NCBI GenBank assembly: GCA_963803435.1
Contig: CAWDML010000015.1
Span: forward strand, 1-64,000
Origin: an uncultured delta proteobacterium
GTDB lineage: Bacteria; Myxococcota; Kuafuiibacteriia; Kuafuiibacteriales; Kuafuiibacteriaceae
Direction of reading: 5' to 3'
Length of the DNA: 64,000 nucleotides
Below are positions 11,009-20,349 of this stretch, piece after piece. The notes beneath the pieces were generated by a model. The model was not told the DNA's origin. It searched no databases and saw only the letters and a program-made list of their open reading frames with translations. Position 1 is the stretch's first letter. Every line of letters begins with the position of its first letter. The translations under genes were made by a program, and so were the position numbers.

Positions 11009-12301
11009 CTAGCGGCCTATGACTCCAGCGGACACGACCAGCCCGAGGACCGAGGCCAGCAGCAGCGACAAGAGGATGATGATCCGCCGCTGGCGAGCCA
11101 CCATTTGCTCGAGGTCCGCGACCTTCGCGTGGAGTCGATCGGCGGCCCGCGTGTTCTCGAGCAGCGTGTCGGGACGCGTGATCTCGCTGCCGCTCGGGAT
11201 CAGCTCGAGCGGCGGCGTCTTGTCCGGTTGCGTGGTCGAGCCCGAGATCGTGGCCGGCATCGAGGGCGCGATGAGCTCGTACGTCGCCGCGTCGCCGTCC
11301 GCGATTGTGGGCGCGTCCGCCAGCACGTCGGCGTGTCGCGAGATCATCTGAGTCCAGCGCGACGCAGGCTGTTCGTCGGGAGGGAACAGCTCGCACACCG
11401 CCGCGCCCATCTCCTGCCACGATGCCCGCCCGACCGTCCGGGTGGCCGACACCAGAGCGTCGTGATACGCGGCCGCGGACTGCCAGCGATCCTCCGGCGC
11501 CTTCTCCAGGCCCCGCATCACCGCGTCGGAGATGGCGCGCGGCAGCCCCGGGTCGAGCAAATGCAGGCTCGGCGGCGTCTCCTCGATCACCTGCTCGAGG
11601 ACCTCGATCGCCTTGCCGTCGCGTACCGCGGGTCGTCCTGCCAGGAGCTCCCAGAGGAGGACGCTCAGCGCGTAGATGTCGCTGCGGTGGTCGGTGCGCT
11701 CGGTGAGCGCCTGCTCCGGCGACATATAGTGGAGCGTCCCCACGATCATGCCGGGCGCGGTGCGGAAGCCGTCGATCCTCCCTTGCGCCACGCCGAAGTC
11801 GATGATCTTCACCCGGCCGTCGTACGTGACCATCACATTCGCCGGGGAGAGATCGCGGTGGACGATCTCGAGGTGGCGGCCGTCGCCGCCGCGGAGCGAG
11901 TGTGCGTAGGCGAGGCCGCTCAGCACCTCGGTCGCAATCGTCAGCGTTAGAGCGGGCGGTACGATCCGGTGACGGTCCGCCATGGCGTCGAGCATCTGCT
12001 GGAGCGTGACGCCCTCGATCAGCTCCATGGCGATGCAGAACTTTCCGTCTTCCACGCCTGCGTCGATCACCCGTGCGATGTTCGGGTGGTCCAGCTGTGA
12101 CACCAGGTGCGCCTCCCGCTGGAAGCGGATCGCGGCGGTCCGGTGCTCCTCCAGCTCGCCGTGGAGCTGCTTCAACACACACAGGCGGCTGGAGCCGTCT
12201 CGCTGGGCCAGGAAGACGCGCGCCATCCCGCCTTCGGCGAGCTCTTCATAGATCTGATAGCGCCCGATCCGCCCGAGCGCCGGGAGTGCGACAAACGACA
12301 C
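11009..12301 (-). CDS. Ser/Thr protein kinase with C-terminal TM segment
   Basis: GGMARV, HRDLSPAN, DFG, YMSPEQ, SDIYAL. Confidence 0.92.
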   Translation of the reverse strand: MSFVALPALGRIGRYQIYEELAEGGMARVFLAQRDGSSRLCVLKQLHGELEEHRTAAIRFQREAHLVSQLDHPNIARVIDAGVEDGKFCIAMELIEGVTLQQMLDAMADRHRIVPPALTLTIATEVLSGLAYAHSLRGGDGRHLEIVHRDLSPANVMVTYDGRVKIIDFGVAQGRIDGFRTAPGMIVGTLHYMSPEQALTERTDHRSDIYALSVLLWELLAGRPAVRDGKAIEVLEQVIEETPPSLHLLDPGLPRAISDAVMRGLEKAPEDRWQSAAAYHDALVSATRTVGRASWQEMGAAVCELFPPDEQPASRWTQMISRHADVLADAPTIADGDAATYELIAPSMPATISGSTTQPDKTPPLELIPSGSEITRPDTLLENTRAADRLHAKVADLEQMVARQRRIIILLSLLLASVLGLVVSAGVIGR

Positions 12302-12343
12302 GCGGCCTGTCGATCATACTGGAAATTCGCTACCATCGCCCGC

Positions 12344-12718
12344 GTGAGCGATCAGCGACGCGTGCACCCCCGAGCACCGGTCCTGCTCAAGATCGTCTAC
12401 CAGCGGATGAACGCCTTCATCGCGGACTACTCGCGAAACATCTCGAAGGGCGGCATCTTCGTCGAGACCGAGTACCCTTTTGATCCCGGGACCATCTTCG
12501 ACTTCCACGTCTCGCTCCCCGAGCGGCCCGAGGCCCTCCGTCTGCGCGGCCGCGTGAAGTGGGTTCAGCGCGCCACCACTGCAGGGATGCTCGGCATGGG
12601 CATCGAGTTCATGTGGGACGATGGTCCGTCCCGGGAGGGCTTCGAGAAGCTGGTCGAGGAGTTGATCGTGGAGAACCTGGGGCAGGCCGTGTACGAGAAG
12701 CTGGTCGAGAGAGCCTGA
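12344..12718 (+). CDS. PilZ-domain protein (TIGR02266-like)
   Basis: RxxxR (RVHPR) and NISKGGIF, GMGIEF. Confidence 0.85.
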   Translation: MSDQRRVHPRAPVLLKIVYQRMNAFIADYSRNISKGGIFVETEYPFDPGTIFDFHVSLPERPEALRLRGRVKWVQRATTAGMLGMGIEFMWDDGPSREGFEKLVEELIVENLGQAVYEKLVERA

Positions 12719-12721
12719 AAA

Positions 12722-13192
12722 ATGCGCTGTCCATTCCTTGTCCTGCACCTTCTTCTCGCCGCCGGCTGCTCGGCGTCCCAGGGCGCGACCGAGCCGGGGG
12801 ACCCCCCGTTCCGGATCCCCGTCAGCATTTCGGCCTCCTCGGGGGAGGTGATCTTCCAGTCCGAGATCGCCGATACGCCGGCGGAGCGCCAAAAGGGCCT
12901 GATGTTCCGTGAGCACATGGGCGAGCAGGAAGGGATGGTGTTCCTCTTTCCCGACGAAGCGCCGCGGGCCTTCTGGATGCACAACACCTTGATCCCGCTC
13001 GACATGGTGTTCATCCGGGCGGACCGCACGGTCCTCGGGGTCGTGGAGAATGCAGAGCCGAAGACCGACACTTCCCGCTCGGTGCCCGGGTCGAGCCAGT
13101 TCGTGCTCGAGATCAACGGCGGAACCGCGAAAAGGGTGGGCATCGCCGAAGGGCAAAAAGTCACCTTCATGGCTCCGATCCCGTCGAGCTAA
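12722..13192 (+). CDS. DUF192-family lipoprotein
   Basis: Lipobox; EIADTPAERQKGLMFR, FWMHNTLIPLD, VLEINGG. Confidence 0.88.
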   Translation: MRCPFLVLHLLLAAGCSASQGATEPGDPPFRIPVSISASSGEVIFQSEIADTPAERQKGLMFREHMGEQEGMVFLFPDEAPRAFWMHNTLIPLDMVFIRADRTVLGVVENAEPKTDTSRSVPGSSQFVLEINGGTAKRVGIAEGQKVTFMAPIPSS

Positions 13193-13209
13193 GCTGAGCT
13201 CGCTGGAGG

Positions 13210-14004
13210 ATGTCATCGAGATCGAGCTGGCTGGTTCTCGCCGTCGCAAGCCTGGCGCCTGCGACCGCGCTCGCAGACACCGTGGTCCTCTCGGACGGTC
13301 AGGAGGTCTCGGGCGTGGTCAGCGAGGGGGGCGATCGCGTGACCGTCGATCTCGATATCGGGAGCGTCTCGTTCCCCCGCTCGGAGGTCGCCTCGATCCG
13401 GCGTGAGAGCACACCGCTCCACGACTTCGAGCAACGGCGCGCGAAGCTCGACCCGAACGACGTCACCGGCCGGCTGGCCCTGGCGCGCTGGGCGGAACAG
13501 AACGGCCTCGACGGGAGCGCGCGCCAGCTCTATCGCGAGGTGCTGGTGATGCGACCCGACGATGCGACGGCGCGCGAACACCTCGGCTACCAGAAGCACG
13601 ACGGTCGCTGGCTCTCCGAGGACGAGTACCTGCGCGCCACCGGTCACGTTCGCTACGGCGGTGCGTGGGTCACGCAAGATGAGGCCGACCGTCTGGAGCG
13701 AGAGGGCCTGGAGCGACGCGAGCGCCAGAACGCCGACCGGATCAAGGCGCTCGAGGCCCAGGTCGATCGCCAGAACCAAGAGATCACCGAGCTCGAATCA
13801 ACGCCCACGCCAGAGCCGGAATCGACGTACCTCGGCTTCGGCGGCTGGTGGTACCCGGGCTGGCTTCCGAGAATGGGCTACCACCGTCGCGGACGGCCGG
13901 CACCGCAGGCCAACCTGCGCGGGCGCCTGCAGACACACCGCGGCGGAAGCATCTCGGGTCACGCGTCCGTTCAGCGGCACTCGTCGGTCCGCGTCGACCA
14001 CTGA
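13210..14004 (+). CDS. Secreted hypothetical protein
   Basis: Signal peptide, DTVVLSDG beta domain, TPR-like helices, LGY...GRW motifs. Confidence 0.7.
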   Translation: MSSRSSWLVLAVASLAPATALADTVVLSDGQEVSGVVSEGGDRVTVDLDIGSVSFPRSEVASIRRESTPLHDFEQRRAKLDPNDVTGRLALARWAEQNGLDGSARQLYREVLVMRPDDATAREHLGYQKHDGRWLSEDEYLRATGHVRYGGAWVTQDEADRLEREGLERRERQNADRIKALEAQVDRQNQEITELESTPTPEPESTYLGFGGWWYPGWLPRMGYHRRGRPAPQANLRGRLQTHRGGSISGHASVQRHSSVRVDH

Positions 14005-15485
14005 GCCGTCTCGCCGCCGTCGGGCGTGAAGGTGGCGGGCGAGACGCCGAAGTCGAACCTCCCCACATGCCACGTGTTCCCGCAGGTCGACATGGCGTGC
14101 GTGACCATCTGCGTGGCCCCGCCCTCCAGGTTGTAGGCGACCGTGAGATCGGCCGCGCCGGCGTAGCTGGCGTCGTCGAAGTACATCACGTACGCGTCGT
14201 AGAAGCCGTCGTGGGCGACGGCCAGGTTGAGCTCCTCGGTGCCGGGTCCGTGGATGTCGTCGCGGTCGAGGAACGGATCGTCGCTCGCGTCGCTGGGCGT
14301 GCCCCAGTCGAGGGTCTTGGCGGCGTAGTGGCAGTCGTTGTCCGAGTCGAACGGCAGCTGACCTGCGCGGACCAGGTGAAGATCGAAGTCGGTGTCGATC
14401 GCGATCCAGCTCAGCGCGATCCGGAGATCGGTGTCGCCGGGGAGAGGCCCGGTCACCTCGCCGCTTGCGGTGATGGGAACGCGCGCGCCGGTGCCGCCGA
14501 CGATCTCGAACCTGCCGCTGCGCATGCCGGCGATCCCGGACGCGCGAAAGACCGCCTCGAACGTCCAATCGGTCGCGCTCGAGCCGATCGCGGGTGAGAC
14601 GTTCTCGGGGGTGAAAGCGGAGCCGCCGAGCGGAACGTCGATCGCGGCGAACGTGAAGGGGCCGTCCGCCGAGCAGGTGACGGTCCGACGCGCGCTGTCG
14701 CCTCGGACCAGCGGGCCGAAGTCGATCGCGGAGGTATCGCACGCGAGGGCGGCCGCGCGGATCGCGGAACCGTTCGCGGGCAGCGTTGCGGAGCCACCGC
14801 CGTCCATGTCGAACCGGATCGCGGCGGAGGCAGGGCCGACCGCAGCCGGCTGGAAGCTGACCTCCAGGTCGATGCCGTCGCCCGGAATGAGGTCGATCGA
14901 GGGCGTCGCCGGCGCGCCTCCAGCAGCGGTCACGGAGAAGGGCGCGGCCACTGCGATGGCGGTGAGGTGACCGGTGACGTCGCCGACGTTGGTGAGCCGC
15001 AGCGGCTTCACCACCTTGCGTCCGATCTCGATGCTGGAGCCGAACGCGATCGCCGTCGGAGAGAAGCCGGGCGTGGCCGGTGGGATCAGGCGGCCGGTAC
15101 CGGTGACCGCCAGCTCGATCCCGAGCTCCTTCGAGAAGACCACCATCTTGGCGGCATACGCGCGCTCCTCGCTGGGGCCGAACAGGACCTCGATCGTCAA
15201 TCGTGCGCTCGGCGCCAGCTGGGCGCCCCGCAGCGTGCTCCCGTCCTGGGTCCGCGCGGCGAAGGCGCTGCCGTCCGCCCCTTCGAACATCACGCGATCG
15301 AAGAGGAGCGTCTCGGCGCTGCTGTTCGTGAGCACCACCTCCGCCGGCGAAGCCAGCCCGATCGCGCGCTCCCCGAAGTCGAGCGCCTCGGGCTGGAAGA
15401 ACCCGCGCGCGGGCACCCGCGTGAAACCGCCCCCCTCATCGCTGCAGGCGGCGAGGAGCGCCATCGCCAGCGCCAGGCTGCGCAC
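13971..15485 (-). CDS. Lipoprotein with Ig-like (ASH/choice-of-anchor D-like) repeats and a C-terminal DLHL/GPE-type domain
   Basis: Lipobox LAAC; repeated P..IDFG units; LSW...DFDLHLVR...FLDRDDIHGPGTEELN. Confidence 0.75.
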   Translation of the reverse strand: MRSLALAMALLAACSDEGGGFTRVPARGFFQPEALDFGERAIGLASPAEVVLTNSSAETLLFDRVMFEGADGSAFAARTQDGSTLRGAQLAPSARLTIEVLFGPSEERAYAAKMVVFSKELGIELAVTGTGRLIPPATPGFSPTAIAFGSSIEIGRKVVKPLRLTNVGDVTGHLTAIAVAAPFSVTAAGGAPATPSIDLIPGDGIDLEVSFQPAAVGPASAAIRFDMDGGGSATLPANGSAIRAAALACDTSAIDFGPLVRGDSARRTVTCSADGPFTFAAIDVPLGGSAFTPENVSPAIGSSATDWTFEAVFRASGIAGMRSGRFEIVGGTGARVPITASGEVTGPLPGDTDLRIALSWIAIDTDFDLHLVRAGQLPFDSDNDCHYAAKTLDWGTPSDASDDPFLDRDDIHGPGTEELNLAVAHDGFYDAYVMYFDDASYAGAADLTVAYNLEGGATQMVTHAMSTCGNTWHVGRFDFGVSPATFTPDGGETAQWSTRTDECR

Positions 15486-15543
15486 CCTCCGATGGTGGCA
15501 CGGATGGCGGCGGCTGGGACCTGACATAAGATCGGATGCGATC

Positions 15544-15930
15544 GTGACCAAGCTCTCAGCCGAGTTCTGCGAAGCCGTCTATACCGTGACCAAGCTGATC
15601 CCGAAGGGACAGGTCGCGACGTACGGTCAGATCGCGACCTACGTCGTCTCACCCCGCCACGCTCGCGCGGTGGGGAGCGCGCTCAAGCATCTGCCGCGGA
15701 GCCGGACCAAGGAGGTGCCTTGGCAGCGGGTCATCAACGCAGGAGGACGCGTGTCCGCACGCGGCGACGTCGAGCGGCCGATCGTTCAGGAGCGCCTCCT
15801 CGCGAAGGAGGGCGTCGTCTTCGACCGGAGCGGTCGGACCAATCTGGCGATCTTTCAGTGGATCGGTCCAGGCGAAGACTGGGAGCCGCTCTTGTCCCGG
15901 ACGGAGCGGCGGGGCAGACGTAAGGCGTGA
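15544..15930 (+). CDS. Alkyltransferase-like (ATL, MGMT family) DNA-binding protein
   Basis: IPKGQVATYGQIA, ARAVG, VPWQRV (Trp in place of the catalytic Cys). Confidence 0.85.
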   Translation: MTKLSAEFCEAVYTVTKLIPKGQVATYGQIATYVVSPRHARAVGSALKHLPRSRTKEVPWQRVINAGGRVSARGDVERPIVQERLLAKEGVVFDRSGRTNLAIFQWIGPGEDWEPLLSRTERRGRRKA

Positions 15931-16517
15931 CACAGGATCCGCTCGCCCTGTTTCTCGACTGGTATCGCGAATGGAGCCGGGAGGCCGCGCGCCTGGGCCT
16001 CCAGCAATCCGAGGCGATGCTGCTCGCCACTGCGACGCTCGACGGCCGCCCATCGCTGCGCACGGTGCTCTATCGGCCCGGCCCCGACGGCGGCATTCGC
16101 TTCTTCACGAACTACGAGGGGCGCAAGGCGCGCGAGCTCGAGGCGAATCCTCGCGCGGCGGTGCTCTTCTACTGGGAGCCGCTCCACCGCCAGGTGCGCG
16201 TCGAGGGGCGGGTGGCGCGCACGTCCGATCACGAGTCGGACGCGTACTTCGCTGGGCGGCCGCGGATGAGCCAGCTCGCGGCCTGGGCCTCACCGCAGAG
16301 CCGTCCGATCGAGCGGCTCTCCGATCTCGACGCCGAGGTGGCCGCGCTCGACGCGAAGTACGCGGGCGGCTCCGTCCCTCGCCCGCCGTTCTGGGGAGGC
16401 TACCGGATCGATCCGGATCGGTGGGAGCTGTGGAGCGCGCGCGAGCACCGGCTCCACGAGCGCGTGCTCTTCGTGAAGAGCGACGCGGGTTGGGTTCGGT
16501 CGTTGCTCGGTCCCTGA
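15927..16517 (+). CDS. pdxH: Pyridoxamine 5'-phosphate oxidase
   Basis: MLLATAT.DGRPS.R.VL, FFTNYE.RK, RQVRVEG, RPPFWGGY, RLHER. Confidence 0.92.
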   Translation: MTQDPLALFLDWYREWSREAARLGLQQSEAMLLATATLDGRPSLRTVLYRPGPDGGIRFFTNYEGRKARELEANPRAAVLFYWEPLHRQVRVEGRVARTSDHESDAYFAGRPRMSQLAAWASPQSRPIERLSDLDAEVAALDAKYAGGSVPRPPFWGGYRIDPDRWELWSAREHRLHERVLFVKSDAGWVRSLLGP

Positions 16518-16519
16518 TC

Positions 16520-17071
16520 TCAGAGCCGCTTCATGTCGAACTTGCCGTCGCCGTAGACGAAGAACAACCGGCTCTGGGTCTCGAGGAGCCCGACCTTTCC
16601 GTTCTCGCTGTGGACGGCCAGCGTCGCGACCTTCTTGGGGAAGCTCAGCGTGCTGCGGAGCCCGACGTCGTCGAACAGGAGGACCGTGACGGCCGCGGCC
16701 GGCGCCTTTCCGTAGTCCTTGCCGAGAAACGCCGCGTCCTCGAACCCGTTGCCGTCGAAGTCGCCCAAGAGGCATGGCGTGCCGCGGGCGAGGTCGTCCT
16801 CGGAGACACCGATCCGTGCCAGCGCGTTCTGCCCGTACTCGATCGTGCCGACGCACTCGCACGGCTGCATTCCGCTACATCGCGCGTCCTTGTACGCGAT
16901 CTGGTTCTTCTTGCCCGTGGGCTCGTGCGGATTGGCCCCATCGAAGTTGGCGGCTCGGGAGCTCGTCTCGACGGGCGCCGACGCGGGTACCGCCGGCTGC
17001 GCCGGCAGGGGCGGAGCCGCCGGCGTTTCTTGCTTGCAGGCGAACAGCGCGAGCGCGGTCCACAGGAGCAT
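16520..17071 (-). CDS. Hypothetical lipoprotein
   Basis: MLLWTALALFAC lipobox, Pro-rich linker, GDFDGNGFED Ca-binding-like motif. Confidence 0.7.
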   Translation of the reverse strand: MLLWTALALFACKQETPAAPPLPAQPAVPASAPVETSSRAANFDGANPHEPTGKKNQIAYKDARCSGMQPCECVGTIEYGQNALARIGVSEDDLARGTPCLLGDFDGNGFEDAAFLGKDYGKAPAAAVTVLLFDDVGLRSTLSFPKKVATLAVHSENGKVGLLETQSRLFFVYGDGKFDMKRL

Positions 17072-17132
17072 TCTGGTCACAGCGAGGGAGCATAGCCTGG
17101 ATCCTCGAAAAAAAGCGCGTAGGATCGGATCG

Positions 17133-17963
17133 ATGGTGAGGCCGGCGTTGTCGCGCCGCTGGTGGTGGTTGCTGGCGCTGCTCCTCGCGATCCTGATCAT
17201 CGATCGCGCGTGCAGTGAAGAGATCCGCATCGCCACCTTCAACATCGAGAATTATCCCAAGTCCCAAGAGCAGGCCGCCGGCGCGTTTTCCGTGATCGCC
17301 GGCCTTCACGCCGACGTCGTGGCCGTTCAGGAGATCACCGATCCGATCCACTTCGCCTCCGCGGCCCGCAGCCGTCTGGGCGCCCGCTGGCGTTTCCTCT
17401 ATCCGCGATCAGGCCCGAAGCATCACGTCGGCATCCTCTACGACCGGGAGCGCTTCAAGCTGATCTCGGCCCGCGAGATCCGCGAGATCATCGTCTACGA
17501 GGGGGCCAAGCCCGCGTTCGAGGCCCGGCTCCGCCCGCGCGAGGGCGGCCGCATCGTCCGCGTCATCACCGTTCATCTCAAGGCAGGCGGCGACCACTTC
17601 GCGACCCGCAAGAAGCAGCTCGACGCCCTCGAGCCTGTCCTGGCCCTCGCCAAGGACAGCGGGGATCGACTGGTGGTGCTCGGCGACTTCAACGCGACCG
17701 GTGCCGCCGATCGCAGCCGTATCGAGGCGCTCGCGCGCGACCTCGATCTCGACTGGGCCAGCGAGGGCCTGATGTGCACCTCGTTCTGGGATCGACCCGA
17801 CGGCTGCTTCGGGTCCGCGCTCGACCACATCCTCACCTCCAACGAGCCGGACGAGGTGGAGGCGATGGGCCCCTGCAAGACGGAGGGGTGTGCGCGGAAG
17901 GATCGGTGCCCCGTCTTCCATCACCAGATCTCGGATCACTGCCCGGTGATCGTCGATCTCTAG
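17133..17963 (+). CDS. Endonuclease/exonuclease/phosphatase (EEP) family protein
   Basis: IATFNIEN, VAVQEI, VHLKA, LGDFN, LDHI, SDHCPV. Confidence 0.88.
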   Translation: MVRPALSRRWWWLLALLLAILIIDRACSEEIRIATFNIENYPKSQEQAAGAFSVIAGLHADVVAVQEITDPIHFASAARSRLGARWRFLYPRSGPKHHVGILYDRERFKLISAREIREIIVYEGAKPAFEARLRPREGGRIVRVITVHLKAGGDHFATRKKQLDALEPVLALAKDSGDRLVVLGDFNATGAADRSRIEALARDLDLDWASEGLMCTSFWDRPDGCFGSALDHILTSNEPDEVEAMGPCKTEGCARKDRCPVFHHQISDHCPVIVDL

Positions 17964-18003
17964 GATGGCCTGGCTCGCCGGAGGGGTGCTCCGTCGCGGG
18001 CCT

Positions 18004-19346
18004 TCGGCTCGTACCTTGAAGAAGGAGCGTAGCGAGAACCGGCGGAATCCTCGTGCCCCTTTGATCTGTCCGAGCGCCGGTTCGACGATACTCTTCCTGC
18101 GGGGGTAGACCGCCTTGCCGTCGCGCGTTTGCAACTTGTCTCGCATTCGCTTGCGAGCGAGCGAGGCAGGTGTGGGCTCCGAAGCTGATGAGGACGGAGT
18201 CGACGCGTCTTGGTTCTGTTCGGGTCCAACAGCGATGTGGGCATCGATCTGATTGTTGTCGCAGAATTCGATGTTGGTCGCGCTCAGATAGCCGTTGTCT
18301 GCCGTCATCTTCCGCGGAGCATCGCCGCAGTTGCCGAACACATCACGGAGCATCGGGACGAGGTGTTGCTGATCAGGTGCCTGGTTGCTGACCCCTTCAG
18401 CGACAATCACCTGAGCGTGCTCATCTACGACAACTTGGGCATTGTAGGCCTGGAGGTACGCTCCCTCCTTCAACATGATCCTGCTGTCTGAGTCGGTGAA
18501 GTTCCTCTGAGCGTGGGGCCTCGGTGTGCCGTCCACATTTGCAGGAACGCGATGATGCGGCCATCCATCATTTCGTTCAGTTGGGTCTGGGGATGGTTCG
18601 AGCTGGTCAGCCTGCGCTCTTGCCTTCTCGGCTCGAGTTCTCGCTCGCTTCTGCTCCACCCGATCCACAAGAGCATCATCCGCTTTGCTCTGCTGCTCTT
18701 CGGCTTGCCTGCGCAATTTCTCCGCGCGAGCCCTGGCGGCATCCTGTTCCAGCGCAGCCTTCGCTTCTCGAATGCGGGCAAGGCGGGATTCACGGCGAGC
18801 GAGCTCCGCTGGGATGTCCTCTTCAGTCTCTTCAACGCCCAGCCGCTCGTCTTCCTCTTGGTCGATCGTGCGCGCTCGCTCCAGCAGTTCTTCGATCTCG
18901 AGAGACAGCCGCTTCTCCTCCTCGGCCATCCGCTCGTAGGTCATCGCCTTGTGCTTGCTCGCGTTCGCCTGCACCTTCGAGCCATCGAGTGCGACGTGTC
19001 CGAGCCGCACCAAACCTGCTTTCTGGCAAAGCTTCAGGACTTCGAGGAAGAGCGCTTTCAGTGCCTCCAGGTGGACGAGCCGAAACTCGTTGATCGTCGT
19101 GAAGTGGGGATGACTTTCTCCAGCCAGCACCCGGAATGGAATGTCTTGGTAGGTCGCCCGCGCAATCCTCCGCGACGAATAGATGCCGGTGCAGTAGGCG
19201 TACAGAAGCAGCGCGATCATCATTCGAGGCGAGTACGGTCGCTCGCCTCGCGGGTCCTTGGACTGGATCGAGATCTCGATCGCGCTCAGCTCTACCTCAT
19301 CGACGACGTCCAAGACGAAGTACGCGAGATGATTTTCTGGGAGCCA
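18004..19346 (-). pseudogene. IS1182-family transposase lacking its N-terminus and extreme C-terminus
   Basis: GIYSSRRIA, ALDGSKVQANASKHKAM, NFTDSDSRIM, ADNGY; a 131-bp deletion removes the start seen in copy 1. Confidence 0.88.
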
Positions 19347-19400
19347 ACCTCCAAGAACTTCTGCTGGTCAAAGTGGACGAGCTACCGCAAGCTAGCTTGC

Positions 19401-19647
19401 ATGGTCACTTTCGATCACGAGAAGCTCGAGACCTACCAGCTCGCCGTCGAGTATGCCGACATCGCTGAAGAGATCGCACAAGAACTGCAACCCGGTCACG
19501 CTCACGTCCGCGATCAGCTTCGGCGGGCATCCGATTCCATCGTGAACTACACCGCCGAGGGCGCCGGAGAGTTCAATCAAGCTCAAGCGCGTTGTCGAGA
19601 GGCTCACGCGCCTCATCAAGTCGATGAACGCACGCCGGGCTGCATGA
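19401..19647 (+). pseudogene. Four-helix-bundle gene with a 122-bp frameshifting deletion
   Basis: Matches 10570-10938 minus 10748-10869. Confidence 0.85.
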
Positions 19648-19771
19648 TCGCCATCGGGACCGGGACCGGGACCGGGACCCGGACCGGGACCCGGACCGGG
19701 CTCGCGGTAGCGCTACGCGCTACACGCTCCTAGTCCGCTGGAGCATGCCTCGGTGGCTCCGTGTGGGATCT

Positions 19772-19844
19772 CGGACGGCCGACGAATTCGGACGAGCTCC
19801 GGACGAATGCCGGACGAATGCCGGACGAATGCCGGACGAATGCC
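19772..19844 (+). repeat. 11-bp tandem repeat (ccggacgaatg x4 plus degenerate units)
   Basis: Exact units at 19799-19842, with degenerate units upstream. Confidence 0.9.
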
Positions 19845-19866
19845 TACTCTTCGAGCCGCGCTTCCT

Positions 19867-19882
19867 TGGCGCAGCGATTGCT
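19867..19882 (+). promoter_or_regulatory. Putative sigma54 -24/-12 promoter
   Basis: TGGCGC-AGCGA-TTGCT with canonical GG-N10-GC spacing. Confidence 0.65.
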
Positions 19883-19894
19883 TTATCCCATCGC

Positions 19895-20338
19895 GTGACG
19901 AACCCCAACAGCATCAACAACCCCCCGTCGATCTGCGCGCAGGCCCCGGTCGAGTCCATCGAGTTCAGCCCGACGCTGATCGTCGCGATCGATCACTGCG
20001 ACGACGGCAAGCCGAACTGCTTCTTCGACCGCTGGACGAAGGCGCCCTCGTTCGACGCGGTGCGAGAGGGCCGATTGGTCCAGCGGCTCGGACAGCGGGG
20101 CGCGCCCATCGAGCAGCTCCAGGCCGAGCTGAACGCACACGGAAAGGACGGCGAATCCCTCCAGGTCGACGGCTACTTCGGCCCGAAGACCGAGGCTCGC
20201 GTGCGTTCGTTTCAAGCGAAGCATGGCCTCCGCGTCGACGGCGTGGTCGGTCCCCACACCATGGCGGTGATCGCCGCGCTGAAGGAGGCGCAGGCCGGCC
20301 CGCAGGCGGTAGCTGACGCCCGATGCCGCTTGGAGTAG
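19895..20338 (+). CDS. Peptidoglycan-binding domain (PG_binding_1) protein
   Basis: GQRGAPIEQLQAELN...VDGYFGPKTEARVRSFQAKHGLRVDGVVGPHT. Confidence 0.8.
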   Translation: MTNPNSINNPPSICAQAPVESIEFSPTLIVAIDHCDDGKPNCFFDRWTKAPSFDAVREGRLVQRLGQRGAPIEQLQAELNAHGKDGESLQVDGYFGPKTEARVRSFQAKHGLRVDGVVGPHTMAVIAALKEAQAGPQAVADARCRLE

Positions 20339-20349
20339 ACGGATCGGGG

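Larger units (their letters stand above)
9663..11012. mobile_element. Internally deleted IS1182-related element carrying a four-helix-bundle gene (copy 1)
   Basis: ~70-bp inverted repeats at 9663-9732 and 10944-11012 (ctaggagcgtgtagcgcg... plus GGTCCC-type hexamer tract); CTAG at both ends. Confidence 0.8.
18004..19733. mobile_element. Second, left-truncated copy of the IS1182/four-helix-bundle element
   Basis: Near-identical to 9828-11012 apart from indels; right inverted repeat ends in CTAG at 19730-19733; left repeat absent. Confidence 0.8.

Noticed and set aside
17409-19313. 634-aa transposase ORF in the track
   Set aside because: The last ~200 aa are read-through into the antisense strand of the EEP gene after truncation at ~18004.
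9663-19733. Composite transposon carrying the kinase-to-EEP block
   Set aside because: The cargo looks like resident myxobacterial genes, copy 1 has both of its own ends, and neither transposase is intact.
19772-19844. CRISPR array
   Set aside because: An 11-bp tandem repeat with no spacers and no cas genes.
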